A stretch of DNA of 64,000 nucleotides from Dehalococcoidia bacterium (lineage in GTDB: Bacteria; Chloroflexota; Dehalococcoidia; Bin125), in NCBI GenBank assembly GCA_022825265.1, contig JAJDXE010000006.1:20923-84922 (forward strand), read 5' to 3'. The position numbers and the translations under genes were made by a program. Below, one piece after another: positions 1-9,886 of this stretch; positions within the stretch are counted from its first letter, which is position 1; the number at the start of each line of letters is the position of its first letter. The notes under the pieces are model-generated. The model worked only from the letters and a program-made list of their open reading frames with translations, was not told where the DNA came from and searched no databases.

Positions 1-483
1 AGTCGGATCACCCTCGGCGTTGTACAGGCGATTGAGCAAGTCGGCATGGGCGCCAAGCATTGGCTGCGCCTCAGCATTGCTCGGATTGAAGGTGTCCCGA
101 GTGACCAGCATTCGCATCATCCGCGTGATGTGGCGGAAGGTATAGACGGCCTCGAGCGCCGCAACATGCTCAGGATCCGAGATGGCAAAGGTGCTCGGAT
201 ACCCGGGATGAAGTTGGAGGATGGCCGCCGCCCCTACGGTCGGGCCCGCGAGCGTGGTCGCGTTGCCCAGACCGCCTCGAGAGTGACAGACGATCGATTC
301 GCCGGTCGGCGTGCTGCAGGAAAAAAACTCGGCCTCATCCCACGCGGCATCGTCGAGCTGGGCCAGCGCGTAGGCCGCGTTGTAGCGGTCGGCCTGCAGA
401 CGGCGACCTAGCGCATCGCGATCGTGGGCGCGAGAGATGACGAGCTTCGCCCGAGTTTCGCCAAGTCGAATCGAGAGCGCCAT
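1..483 (-). CDS. GNAT-family N-acetyltransferase-like protein, truncated by window edge
   Basis: Not in ORF track. Manual translation from ATG 483 (MALSIRLGETRAKLVISRAHDRDALGRRLQADRYNAAYALAQLD...MMRMLVTRDTFNP...LLNRLY) is open to position 1, 10 nt after the pfkB stop. Family call from recalled resemblance. Confidence 0.55.
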   Translation of the reverse strand, partial: MALSIRLGETRAKLVISRAHDRDALGRRLQADRYNAAYALAQLDDAAWDEAEFFSCSTPTGESIVCHSRGGLGNATTLAGPTVGAAAILQLHPGYPSTFAISDPEHVAALEAVYTFRHITRMMRMLVTRDTFNPSNAEAQPMLGAHADLLNRLYNAEGDPT

Positions 484-493
484 GGCCGCAACG

Positions 494-1444
494 TTAGCGC
501 GTGGGCGGGATCAACGTCGATGCCGGAACGTCATTGACGCGAATCATTGATGTTCGGGCAGAAATCGCTTCTCGAGTCGTAGACAGAATCCCTTCGATGC
601 CAAACTGCTCAATCGCGAATGACGCAGCGGCACAGCCCCAGACGGCGGACTGGACCAGGTCGCAGCCGCGTGCCAGCGCGCTGAGCAGGGCGCTGATGAA
701 GGTGTCGCCGGCGCCGGTCGGATCGATGGCGCGGATCCCGGGCACGGCGCTGACCAACGTGCGGCGGTCGTCCTCGAAGATCTCGACGCCGTGCGACGCC
801 TTCTTGAGGATGAACGTGCTCGGTCCGAGAGCACGGATTTCCTGCCACCCAGCGATCGGAAGCCCAGGGTCGTCTTCCGACCCAGGCCACTGGATCAGGT
901 GCGCGGTTTCCAGCGTGTTGATCGACACGATGTCGGCATACCGCAACTGCTCGCGGAACTCACCGCGTCGCTCCGCGACCTCGCGCTCGATCGTGTCGAT
1001 GGCGACCAGCTCCGGTTCGTTCATCTGCGCCATCGCGCGGTGATTCTGGTCGGGATTGCCCGCGGTCAAGAGCACGAACCGCGCATCGCGGATCGGCTCA
1101 GAGACAAGGATCGGATGACTGTCGTAGACGCCCGCACGGGTGTAGAGCGTCTCGCGCACGTCGCCGTCGGCGGAGTAGCGGCAGCCCCAGCGAAAGTTTG
1201 GACCCTCCGTCTGTTCGATGCCGTCGAGGCGGACGCCTCGGTCGATCAGTGGCTGCAACAGCGATTGATCGAAGTCATCGCCGATCACTGAGATTGGCGC
1301 CACCTGAGCAAGCAGTGAGGCCGCCAGGCTGGCGTAGACGGCGGAGCCGCCGAGCAACTGATCGATGTCGCCAGCCTGGCTGTGGATCTCGTCAAGCGCG
1401 ATCGCGCCGACGACCGCGATCTCAACGGCCGCGCCGTCCGTCAC
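494..1444 (-). CDS. PfkB-family carbohydrate/nucleoside kinase
   Basis: GGSAVYASLAA N-terminal motif and DPTGAGDTF C-terminal PfkB signature; 4-nt overlap with mtnP. Confidence 0.9.
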   Translation of the reverse strand: MTDGAAVEIAVVGAIALDEIHSQAGDIDQLLGGSAVYASLAASLLAQVAPISVIGDDFDQSLLQPLIDRGVRLDGIEQTEGPNFRWGCRYSADGDVRETLYTRAGVYDSHPILVSEPIRDARFVLLTAGNPDQNHRAMAQMNEPELVAIDTIEREVAERRGEFREQLRYADIVSINTLETAHLIQWPGSEDDPGLPIAGWQEIRALGPSTFILKKASHGVEIFEDDRRTLVSAVPGIRAIDPTGAGDTFISALLSALARGCDLVQSAVWGCAAASFAIEQFGIEGILSTTREAISARTSMIRVNDVPASTLIPPTR

Positions 1445-2319
1445 GGCAGTCGACCCTCAATCAACAGCATGTAGCGTTCCAGTGTGTTCGCAGGGATACG
1501 CCGCGGATCCGTCATGATCGCGCCATACAGCGCGCCGTCTGCAGTTGAGGTCCAGTCGTTCGGTAGATGCTCGGCAAGGTCGGCGATGATCCGCTGCGCC
1601 GACTGAACGTTCTGAGCGACGATCTCGGCCACCGCAGCAGCCGTGACATCGGCTTCAGACTCGTGCCAGACGTCGTAATCGGTGGCGGTCGCCAGCATCG
1701 CGTAGGCAATCTCCGCTTCGCGAGCGAGCTTGGCTTCAGGCACCGCCGTCATGCCGATGATCGATGCGTCCCACGAGCGGTACATGTGTGACTCGGCCCT
1801 CGTGCTGAACAGCGGACCCTCCATCGCGATGTAGGCGCCGCGGGAGTGGACGGTTTGGCCCATGCGTCCGGCGCTTTCCACCAGGCGAGCGCTGAGATCG
1901 GCGCAGAACGGGTCGGCGAAGCCGACGTGAACGACGATGCCGTCGCCGAAGAAGGTCGTCGGACGGCCGCCACGCGTGCGGTCGATGATCTGATCCGGCA
2001 CGACCATGTGCCCCGGCACGATCTCCTGTCGCAGTGACCCGACCGCCGACACGGCGAGGATGCCCTGCACGCCGAGCGCCTTGAGCGCCCAGATGTTGGC
2101 TCGCACCGGAATCTCGTGCGGCATCAGTCGATGCCCCACGCCGTGTCGTGGCAAGAACGCGACCCGCTTGCCATGCAGCGTGCCAATCACGATCTCGTCC
2201 GAAGCGGCGCCGAACGGGGTCAAAGGGCTCCAACGCTCGACATCGCTCAGACCCGGCATCTTGTAGAAGCCCGAGCCGCCGATCACGGCGAGTTGGGCGG
2301 TCGGATGTTCGCTCGTCAC
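1441..2319 (-). CDS. mtnP: S-methyl-5'-thioadenosine phosphorylase
   Basis: IGGSG, FLPRHG, EGPLFSTRAES, IIGMT, ATDYDVW motifs; start moved to GTG 2319 behind GAGGGG. Confidence 0.9.
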   Translation of the reverse strand: MTSEHPTAQLAVIGGSGFYKMPGLSDVERWSPLTPFGAASDEIVIGTLHGKRVAFLPRHGVGHRLMPHEIPVRANIWALKALGVQGILAVSAVGSLRQEIVPGHMVVPDQIIDRTRGGRPTTFFGDGIVVHVGFADPFCADLSARLVESAGRMGQTVHSRGAYIAMEGPLFSTRAESHMYRSWDASIIGMTAVPEAKLAREAEIAYAMLATATDYDVWHESEADVTAAAVAEIVAQNVQSAQRIIADLAEHLPNDWTSTADGALYGAIMTDPRRIPANTLERYMLLIEGRLP

Positions 2320-2338
2320 CTCAGTGCCCCTCTCGAGT

Positions 2339-2869
2339 TCAGTAGACCAGCATCGACGAGACGTCGTGCGGCAGCAGGCGGTCGCGACCGTTGAGCGCGG
2401 CAAGCTCGATCAGGAAAGCCACAGCGGAAACATCGGCGCCCGCATGCAGCAGGAGTTGCAGAGAAGCCTCGGCAGTGCCTCCGGTCGCGAGCAGGTCGTC
2501 AACCAGTGCAACCCGCGCGCCCGAGTTCAGCGCGTCCGAGTGCATCTCGATCGTCGCCGAGCCGTACTCGAGGTCGTAAGAGCGAGCAATCGTGTCGGCG
2601 GGAAGTTTGCCTGCCTTGCGGATCGGCACAAACGGCCGGTTGAGCCGCTGTGCGATCGGCGCGCCGAGAATGAAGCCCCGTGACTCAATGCCGACAACAG
2701 CGTCGGCGCCATCGCACCGCTCGGTCAACCAGTCCAGCGCATGGCCGAACGCGTCCGGCTCGGCAAGCAGCGGCGTGATGTCTCGGAACAGGATGCCCTG
2801 CTCCGGGAAATCGGGAATGGCGCGGATGTATTGCGCGACCAGGTCGTGAGCAGTCGGGGTATCGGTCAT
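2339..2869 (-). CDS. apt: Adenine phosphoribosyltransferase
   Basis: IPDFPEQGILFRDITPLL, IRKAGKLP, YDLEYG, LVDDLLATGGT; ATG 2869 with TACGCT 6 nt upstream. Confidence 0.95.
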   Translation of the reverse strand: MTDTPTAHDLVAQYIRAIPDFPEQGILFRDITPLLAEPDAFGHALDWLTERCDGADAVVGIESRGFILGAPIAQRLNRPFVPIRKAGKLPADTIARSYDLEYGSATIEMHSDALNSGARVALVDDLLATGGTAEASLQLLLHAGADVSAVAFLIELAALNGRDRLLPHDVSSMLVY

Positions 2870-2961
2870 AGGGTCAGCGTACAAGCGAGGCTGGCAATGA
2901 GCCTGAGTAGGGCGCAGTGGGAGCACGTTTCACTGGTACGCTGACTGCCACGCTGCAGCGG

Positions 2962-3789
2962 GTGAGCGGAGACCGCGTGGACGATCCACTCAACTGGTCG
3001 ACCGAAGATCAGGAGCGAGCACTGCGCGCAATTGCGCCGTGGTACGACCTTGATTTCGGCCCCCTCACCGACGATGTCGAAATGCTGCAAGAACTCACCG
3101 CCTCAGGACAACGAGTCCTCGAGCTAGGCGCCGGCAGTGGGCGCATAGCCGTCCCGTTGGCAATGAACGGATGTCGGGTGACGGCAGTCGATTCTTCTGA
3201 AGAGATGCTGGCCGTCGGCGAGCAACGGATGAAGCAAGCCAGGGTCAACATCGTCCGTGGCGACATGCGTTGCCTGCACCTTGATCAGCAGTTTGACCTG
3301 GTAGTGTTCGCCCTCTCCACGTTCCAACATCTCTTGCGCCGCAAGGATCAGTTAGCCGCGCTCAGCGTCGCTCGCCGCCATTTGGCCGAGGGCGGACGCC
3401 TGCTGATTGACTGGACAGCGCCGCGACCCGATGACATCGAACCGTCCCCGCCGATCATGCACCAAGAGTGGGTCCGCGAATCGAACACCGGAGACCTGGT
3501 CACCAAGAGCGCATCTCAGGAGCTGGCGCTGGACCGCGAATGCGGCGACGCACTGGACCGAGCGCAACCGATCGCCTGGATCACCTACCAGTACGACGCA
3601 GTCGACGAGATGGGCCGAGTGCGCCGCTCACTGGCCAGGTTCCCATTGCGAGTCAACCTCAACGCCGGCGAGATGGCAGGCCTGCTGGACGCATCCGGCC
3701 TGCGAGCCATCGAGTGGTTCGGATCATGGGACTTCGCCCCGCTCGGCGAAGGCGACCGCATGATCGTGGTGGCGGAGTCGTCATCGTGA
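2962..3789 (+). CDS. Class I SAM-dependent methyltransferase
   Basis: VLELGAGSG motif I, VTAVDSS, GDMR, LAEGGRLLID; start uncertain (ORF open from 2917). Confidence 0.8.
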   Translation: MSGDRVDDPLNWSTEDQERALRAIAPWYDLDFGPLTDDVEMLQELTASGQRVLELGAGSGRIAVPLAMNGCRVTAVDSSEEMLAVGEQRMKQARVNIVRGDMRCLHLDQQFDLVVFALSTFQHLLRRKDQLAALSVARRHLAEGGRLLIDWTAPRPDDIEPSPPIMHQEWVRESNTGDLVTKSASQELALDRECGDALDRAQPIAWITYQYDAVDEMGRVRRSLARFPLRVNLNAGEMAGLLDASGLRAIEWFGSWDFAPLGEGDRMIVVAESSS

Positions 3790-5051
3790 GAGCTAAGGCC
3801 ATGCTTGCCGCCGTCACCTTGCTAGTGATCTCGCTCTGGATCGCCGGTTGTGGCTCGAACCCCAACGAGCACGTGCAATCAAACCAGTTCTTCCGACCAG
3901 CCGCGGAGACGAACCAGGCTGAGCAGACCACCGTGCAGGCCGAGCAACAATCGCAGCAGGCCGAAGAGGACGCAACCGCTCAGACGGATCAGACGGAGCA
4001 ATCAGAGCAATCGCAGCAACAGGATCAACCACAACAAGCCCCTCAAGACCAACAAGCGTCCTCCGAGGAAGAGCAGGACGATCAGGCGCAGCCGTCCGCC
4101 GAACCGATCGAAACGTCCGACGACGTCATCCGCCGATACGCCAATCCCAGCTACGGCTATTCCTTCGAGTTGATTTGCTCGCCCTTCTGCGATCCGAATT
4201 CGAACGGCATCGACCGAGTCTCCTTCCTCTCAGAAACCGGAAGAGCACTGATCGGCGTTGATGTCGTCGTCGATGACGGTTCCGATGCCGAGTCGCTCCT
4301 GCGGTCGGCGCTGGCGCTGGCCGACAACGTGGAGTTTGAGTCCGTCGAAGACACAACCACCGTCACCGGCGAAGCGGCCGTGCGCTTCAACTGGGATGAG
4401 GATCGCCGAGCCACGGGCGGTTTCCAGGTGCGCTGGCACGTGCTGCTGGTTCGGGTCCAGGACGTAGCGATCATGCTCCGCGCAGGCGCAGTGCTGGAAG
4501 ACTACGAGGGTGTCGTCCCTGCGCTCGAGCGGGCGCTGTCATCATTCATCCTGCCGCTCGAGTTGACCGCGCGCCCAGGCCGCTACAACCGATTCGACTT
4601 CATCATCGACTACGACACGGACGACGTCTCGCAGGAGTTCGGCCAGCCGACCAACAACCCGCCCAGCGCCGAAGCCGGCATCTTCGTCCTCCAGACGACC
4701 AACGCGCTCAAAGCGGTACTGACCTGGCAGGTTCTGGGCGAAGCCTTCTACGACGGTGACACCGCGATTCAGCAATCCCTCCGAGACTCCCTGGGCATCG
4801 AGAATGTCACCAGTCAGCGCGATTGGGGCGAAGTCGACGGTCAGCCGGCGCGCACCGGCGAGACCGAGACCCAGTTCGGTGAAGGCGTGATGAAGATCCA
4901 GTCGTTCGCCTGGTACTGCCGAGAAGGCGGCCGCGAATTCGCCCTCCATGTGCTCGACCCCGACGACCCGGAATCCGTAGCATTACCGTTGATTGAGAGC
5001 TTCCGTTGCAGCGTCGAAAGCGCCGAGGAAGCAGACGCAGCCGCCGAGTAG
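3786..5051 (+). CDS. Lipoprotein with Q/E-rich linker and two PsbP/DcrB-like domains
   Basis: Hydrophobic leader ending IAGC lipobox; long Q/E stretch; YANPSYGYSFEL-type domain start; GTG overlaps upstream stop. Domain call tentative. Confidence 0.65.
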   Translation: MRAKAMLAAVTLLVISLWIAGCGSNPNEHVQSNQFFRPAAETNQAEQTTVQAEQQSQQAEEDATAQTDQTEQSEQSQQQDQPQQAPQDQQASSEEEQDDQAQPSAEPIETSDDVIRRYANPSYGYSFELICSPFCDPNSNGIDRVSFLSETGRALIGVDVVVDDGSDAESLLRSALALADNVEFESVEDTTTVTGEAAVRFNWDEDRRATGGFQVRWHVLLVRVQDVAIMLRAGAVLEDYEGVVPALERALSSFILPLELTARPGRYNRFDFIIDYDTDDVSQEFGQPTNNPPSAEAGIFVLQTTNALKAVLTWQVLGEAFYDGDTAIQQSLRDSLGIENVTSQRDWGEVDGQPARTGETETQFGEGVMKIQSFAWYCREGGREFALHVLDPDDPESVALPLIESFRCSVESAEEADAAAE

Positions 5052-5072
5052 TGTTGAGCGAAGTGGAAGGCC

Positions 5073-6182
5073 ATGCGCCGGTCTGCGCAACGAAGTGCTC
5101 GCCAACGACCGATCACCGTCGCCCTCGACGCCATGGGCGGCGACGACGCCCCCGGCGCCATCGTCAGAGGCGCGCTGAGCGCCGCACGCGAGCTGGACGT
5201 CGACATCATTCTGGTCGGACGTGGACGAGAGATTCGCAGCCATCTCCCGGCGGCTCAGCGCAATCTGCGCATCCAGGAAGCGTCAGAGGCGATCACCATG
5301 GACGCGCCGCCGACGGCAGTGCGGAGAATGCGCGATTCTTCGATCATGGTCGGACTCGGCCTGCTGGAGGACGGCGAGGCCGACGCCTTCCTCTCGTTCG
5401 GCAACACCGGCGCGGTGATGGCCGGGTCGCTGTTCACCCTCGGCCGGATCCCCGGCGTCGCGAGACCGGCCCTGGGCGCGCTGTTCCGCAACGGACGAGG
5501 GACAACCTCGCTATTGCTCGATGTCGGCGCCAACGTCGAGGCGCGCCCACAGCATCTGGCCCAGTTCGCCACGATGGGCCGAGCCTACGTCGAACGAGTG
5601 CTGCGCCATCGCAACCCAAGTGTGGGATTGCTCAACGTCGGCGAGGAAGAAGGCAAGGGCACGAGCCTGCACCAGGAGACCTACCGGCTGCTCGAGCGCC
5701 AGGAGCTGAACTTCGTCGGCAACATCGAGGGCAACCAGTTGATCGCCGGAGCAGCAGACGTGATTGTCGCCGATGGATTCACCGGCAATGTCGCGGTGAA
5801 GCTAACCGAGGGGCTCGCCGAGCAACTCTTTGGCGAGCTAAAGCGCAGCATCGAGTCGAGCGTGATCCATATGGCCGGCGCCTGGCTGATGCGTGGAGCC
5901 TTCCAGGGTCTTCGCGCCCACTGGGACTACGCCAAGGTCGGCTCGGCGCCGTTGTTCGGCATCGATGGCGCGGTGCTGGTCGGACACGGACGGGCCAACG
6001 TCGAGGCGGTCACCAGCGGTATTCGCTCGGCGCGCAGTGTGGTCGAGGCGGGTGTCGTGGACGCGATCCGCGATGCAGTTGCCGGCACGGCGCCGGTCGA
6101 CGATGACGAGGTGGAAGAAGAGGCTCCCCAACCACAACGCGACGGTCAGGTAAGCGACACTTGGCGCTATGAGCGCCGCTGA
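5073..6182 (+). CDS. plsX: Phosphate acyltransferase PlsX
   Basis: VALDAMGGD, GIARP-like GVARPAL, LLDVGAN, GNIEG, DGFTGNV, VGHG motifs. Confidence 0.95.
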   Translation: MRRSAQRSARQRPITVALDAMGGDDAPGAIVRGALSAARELDVDIILVGRGREIRSHLPAAQRNLRIQEASEAITMDAPPTAVRRMRDSSIMVGLGLLEDGEADAFLSFGNTGAVMAGSLFTLGRIPGVARPALGALFRNGRGTTSLLLDVGANVEARPQHLAQFATMGRAYVERVLRHRNPSVGLLNVGEEEGKGTSLHQETYRLLERQELNFVGNIEGNQLIAGAADVIVADGFTGNVAVKLTEGLAEQLFGELKRSIESSVIHMAGAWLMRGAFQGLRAHWDYAKVGSAPLFGIDGAVLVGHGRANVEAVTSGIRSARSVVEAGVVDAIRDAVAGTAPVDDDEVEEEAPQPQRDGQVSDTWRYERR

Positions 6183-6261
6183 GTCCTGCCGATCTGTTCA
6201 ATCAATGCGATACATTTGACCCGTTAGGCCTCATCTCTTGTAGACCGCTTGGAGGAATCAG

Positions 6262-6588
6262 ATGGCAAAGCCGCAGGAAGTGACCGATAACAGCTTCCAG
6301 GTCGATGTGAAGGACAACGATCTGCCGGTCCTGGTCGACTTCTGGGCCCCGTGGTGTGGCCCGTGCCGCATGGTCGCCCCGATCGTCGACGAACTCTCCG
6401 AGGAGTACGACGGCCGCGTCGCGTTCTACAAGCTGAACACCGACGAGAATCCGGGCATCGCCACCGAGTACGGTATCCGCAGCATCCCCACGCTGCTGGT
6501 CTTCAAGGACGGCGAAGTCGCCGGTCAGATCGTCGGCTTCCGACCCAAGAGCGACCTCGCCAAGCGACTCGACGAAGTCCTGGCGTAG
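6262..6588 (+). CDS. trxA: Thioredoxin
   Basis: DFWAPWCGPC active site; GGAGG SD upstream. Confidence 0.97.
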   Translation: MAKPQEVTDNSFQVDVKDNDLPVLVDFWAPWCGPCRMVAPIVDELSEEYDGRVAFYKLNTDENPGIATEYGIRSIPTLLVFKDGEVAGQIVGFRPKSDLAKRLDEVLA

Positions 6589-6617
6589 CTTCGTTCCCAT
6601 CGCAACCAGCCCGAACA

Positions 6618-6651
6618 GGGCCGACAGCGCGACGTTCGACGCTGTCGGCCC
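6618..6651 (+). terminator. Stem-loop after trxA, probable terminator
   Basis: GGGCCGACAGCG (6618-6629) and CGCTGTCGGCCC (6640-6651), 12-bp perfect inverted repeat followed by GTTT. Confidence 0.6.
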
Positions 6652-6711
6652 GTTTCGCGTATCCTGCGCCAGTCCCACACTGTTAGGGGCTCCTGAAATG
6701 AGGAAATTCGC

Positions 6712-7884
6712 ATGAAGGTCGGCGTTCACTTCAACTTCCAGAACTACACGGATTGGGACCGCTTCGAGGCGCAGGCCGTTTCGGACCGGATGCCCGTCAG
6801 CGACCAGCAGATCTACGAAGAGGACATCCACCTCGGCGGCCTGGTTGAGCCGCTCGGCTTCGATTCCTATTGGTGCATTGACCACCACTTCTCGCCCTAC
6901 ATCATGACCTCGGGCGCGCTGCAGAATCTGACCTACTTCGCCGGCAAGACCGAGCGGATCGACTTCGGCACGATGGTGATCGTCCTACCCTGGTACGACC
7001 CCGTCGCCATCACCGAGCAAATCACGGTCCTCGACAACATGCTCCAGGGCCGCAAGCTCACACTGGGCCTCGGACGCGGCGCTGCCAAGCGGGAGTTTGA
7101 CGCCTTCCGCTCTCCGATGGGCGAGTCTCGCGACCGCTTCATGGAGTCGCTTGAGGTCGTACGCAAGGGTCTGACCCAGGAATTCTTCTCCCACGAGGGT
7201 GACTTCTACACAATCCCTGAGACGACGATCCGTCCGCGCCCGCGCAATGGACAGCAGTTGCTCGATTCGATGCGCGTCGCTTGGATCTCGCCGGAGACAC
7301 TGGAGATCGCCGCCAACGCAGGCCTGGGCATGCTCTTCACCAACTCCAAGAAGTGGGAGGACTACCAGATCGACGTCCAGCGATTCAACGCCATCCGCGT
7401 CGCCAACGGCTGGGAGCCGAAGCAGCCGACCGTCGTCGCCAACGTCGCCTGTTTCGACAGCGAAGAAGAGGCCTGGGACGTCATGGTCCAGCACACCGGC
7501 GAGTTCCAGGAGAGCGTCGAGCGTCATTACCACTTCTCCGAGTCGGCCCGCTTCGCCGCGACCAAGGGCTACAAGTACTACGCCGAGTTCGGCAAGACGA
7601 GCGAGAAGACCACGCCCGAGCAGCGCGCCCGCTTCGCCGCGACCCCGCAGGCCTGGGGCACGCCGGAGCAGGTGATCGAGAAGCTCAAGCACATCCAGCA
7701 GATGACCGCTGCTGAAGAGATGATCATGAACTTCCGCATCTCCGGCGGGATGCCCGCCGAGACAGCGGAGCGCAGCATGAGGCTGTTCGCCTCCGACGTG
7801 CTGCCGGCAATTCACGAGCTTGAAGGCACAATGCCGGAAGAGCTGTCGGGACGTTCGGTGGCCGAGCCGGTCTCCGCCGACTAG
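6712..7884 (+). CDS. LLM-class flavin (FMN or F420)-dependent oxidoreductase
   Basis: EPLGFDSYWCIDHHF, GLGRG, WGTPEQVIEKL motifs of the luciferase-like TIM barrel. Confidence 0.88.
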   Translation: MKVGVHFNFQNYTDWDRFEAQAVSDRMPVSDQQIYEEDIHLGGLVEPLGFDSYWCIDHHFSPYIMTSGALQNLTYFAGKTERIDFGTMVIVLPWYDPVAITEQITVLDNMLQGRKLTLGLGRGAAKREFDAFRSPMGESRDRFMESLEVVRKGLTQEFFSHEGDFYTIPETTIRPRPRNGQQLLDSMRVAWISPETLEIAANAGLGMLFTNSKKWEDYQIDVQRFNAIRVANGWEPKQPTVVANVACFDSEEEAWDVMVQHTGEFQESVERHYHFSESARFAATKGYKYYAEFGKTSEKTTPEQRARFAATPQAWGTPEQVIEKLKHIQQMTAAEEMIMNFRISGGMPAETAERSMRLFASDVLPAIHELEGTMPEELSGRSVAEPVSAD

Positions 7885-7887
7885 GGG

Positions 7888-9024
7888 ATGACTGCCGTCG
7901 AGCTTCAAGGCGATTGCGATCCGCGCTTCGGCGCGGTCCGCGACGCGTTTGCCGCCAACTGGACCGACCACGACGAAGTCGGCGCATCCCTCTCCGTGAT
8001 CGTCGGCGGAGAGACCGTCGTCGATCTCTGGGGCGGCCACGCCGACGCCGAGCGCTCTCGCGCTTGGCAGCGCGACACGATCGCCAACGTCTACTCCTCG
8101 ACCAAGGGCATTGCCGCTGCCGCAGCGGCGATGCTCGTCGACCGAGGCACGCTCGATGTCGAGCGTCCAGTCGTCGACTACTGGCCCGAGTTCGCCCAGG
8201 CGGGCAAGTCCGAGATCAAGGTGCGGCACCTCCTCACACACGAAGCCGGCTTGGCCGGCGTCGATGAGGAGCTGCCCGACCGCGCAGTGCTCGACTGGGA
8301 CCGAATGATCGCCGCGCTCGAGCGCCAGGCTCCGATCTGGACGCCCGGCGAAGCCATGGGCTATCACGCGATCACCTACGGCTGGTTGGTCGGAGAGGTG
8401 ATCCGCCGGATCGACGGTCGGACCTGCGGAGAGTTCGTCCGCGACGAGATTGCCGGTCCGTTAGGTGTCGACTTCTTCATCGGCCTGCCCGAGTCGGAGG
8501 ACCCGCGCACGGCAGATCTGATTCCCGCTCCCGGAGCCGCACCGATCGGCGCCGCCCCGCCCGACAACCTCGCAGCCCGGGCCCTGGGACTGGCCGCCCC
8601 GCGACTGGCGGGAACTGTGAACTCCCGCGAGTGGCGCGCCGCCGAGCTGCCGGCGGCAAATGGTCACGGCAACGGTCGTTCGCTGGCGACGATCTACTCC
8701 GCTCTGGTCCAGGGCGGCGGCGACCTGCTCTCCAGGGACGCGATCGAAGCCTGCGGTCCCACCGAGCACGCAGCTCGCGAGGACATGGTGCTGGGATTCC
8801 TCGTGCGCCGCTCGCTGGGCTTCATCCTCAGCACCGCCGGCGGCCGCTACGAGTGGGGTCCGAACCCACGCACGTTCGGACACTCCGGAGCAGGTGGCTC
8901 GCTCGGCTTCGCCGACCCCGACGCCGAGATCGGCTTCGGCTACGTGATGAACCAGATGTCGGCCGGCCTCGGCGCGGATCCGCGCTGGAAACCGATGATC
9001 GACGCGGTCTACGCCAGCCTCTAG
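7888..9024 (+). CDS. Serine hydrolase, beta-lactamase/class C esterase family
   Basis: YSSTKG (SxxK), LLTHEAG, GYHAITYG, FGHSGAGG. Confidence 0.9.
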   Translation: MTAVELQGDCDPRFGAVRDAFAANWTDHDEVGASLSVIVGGETVVDLWGGHADAERSRAWQRDTIANVYSSTKGIAAAAAAMLVDRGTLDVERPVVDYWPEFAQAGKSEIKVRHLLTHEAGLAGVDEELPDRAVLDWDRMIAALERQAPIWTPGEAMGYHAITYGWLVGEVIRRIDGRTCGEFVRDEIAGPLGVDFFIGLPESEDPRTADLIPAPGAAPIGAAPPDNLAARALGLAAPRLAGTVNSREWRAAELPAANGHGNGRSLATIYSALVQGGGDLLSRDAIEACGPTEHAAREDMVLGFLVRRSLGFILSTAGGRYEWGPNPRTFGHSGAGGSLGFADPDAEIGFGYVMNQMSAGLGADPRWKPMIDAVYASL

Positions 9025-9043
9025 TCATGTGGTCATGCGTCCC

Positions 9044-9886
9044 TTAGGCGGCGAATCGGTGATGCGTCGCCTGGTTCAGATAGCCTCGCAACTCGGCCGC
9101 GACCAACTCGCGACGCTCTTCGCTCCAACCCATCTCCCGGGCGATTGCCAGCGCCGGTTGACGAGTGCCTGACGCGAATGGTCCGGTGGTCTCGTGAAAC
9201 GTGCCGATGTGGACTCGGGAGACGCCGGTTGCGATGATTCGCCGCGCGAACGCCTGGGCGTCGTAGAGCGGCAGCAGCGGCGCGACATTAATCGAAGTGC
9301 GGAAGCCGGCATTCGATAGCTGGGTGATCGCTTCGAAGCGCCGGTCGATGCTGGCACACTGCGGTTCGAACCGCTTGCGGATGTCGTCGCTGTCGGTGGT
9401 GATGCTCAACGTGATGTTGATCCGGTCGAAGGTCCTGAACAGGTCGATATCGCGAGTGACCAGCGGACTCCGAGACAACACGGCCAGATGCGCGCCTCGC
9501 TGGGCAAGGATCGGTAGCAACGAGCGGGTCAGCTCCAACCTCGCTTCAATCGGTTGATAGGGATCGGTCGCGCTGCTCATCAGCACGGTCTTGCCATGCA
9601 GGTGCTGCCGCGAGTTGCGCAGCTTGGCGATCGCGTTCGTTTTGACGCGCACCCACTGCCCCCAGCGCTCGCGCTGCTCTTCCTCGGGGACGAAGAAGGC
9701 CGCATAGCAATAGGTGCAGGCAAACGTGCATCCCTGGTACGGATTGATCACGAAATCAAGGTCGCCGAGCCGTCCCGTCGGACGCGCCAGGATGGCGGAC
9801 GCATCGGAGTAGATGACGTCGGCATTCCCCTGACTCAGAGGTCGGGCGGATGCCGGGTTCGGGTCGAAGAGTGATAGTTGCAACAT
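9044..9886 (-). CDS. SPL-like radical SAM protein
   Basis: INPYQGCTFACTYCYA (CxxxCxxC) and SSATDPYQPIE; start set at ATG 9886, 7 nt after a -10 box. Confidence 0.85.
   Translation of the reverse strand: MLQLSLFDPNPASARPLSQGNADVIYSDASAILARPTGRLGDLDFVINPYQGCTFACTYCYAAFFVPEEEQRERWGQWVRVKTNAIAKLRNSRQHLHGKTVLMSSATDPYQPIEARLELTRSLLPILAQRGAHLAVLSRSPLVTRDIDLFRTFDRINITLSITTDSDDIRKRFEPQCASIDRRFEAITQLSNAGFRTSINVAPLLPLYDAQAFARRIIATGVSRVHIGTFHETTGPFASGTRQPALAIAREMGWSEERRELVAAELRGYLNQATHHRFAA

Noticed and set aside
9044-9886. Bona fide spore photoproduct lyase SplB
   Set aside because: Only family-level motifs are seen and there is no sporulation context; kept as SPL-like.
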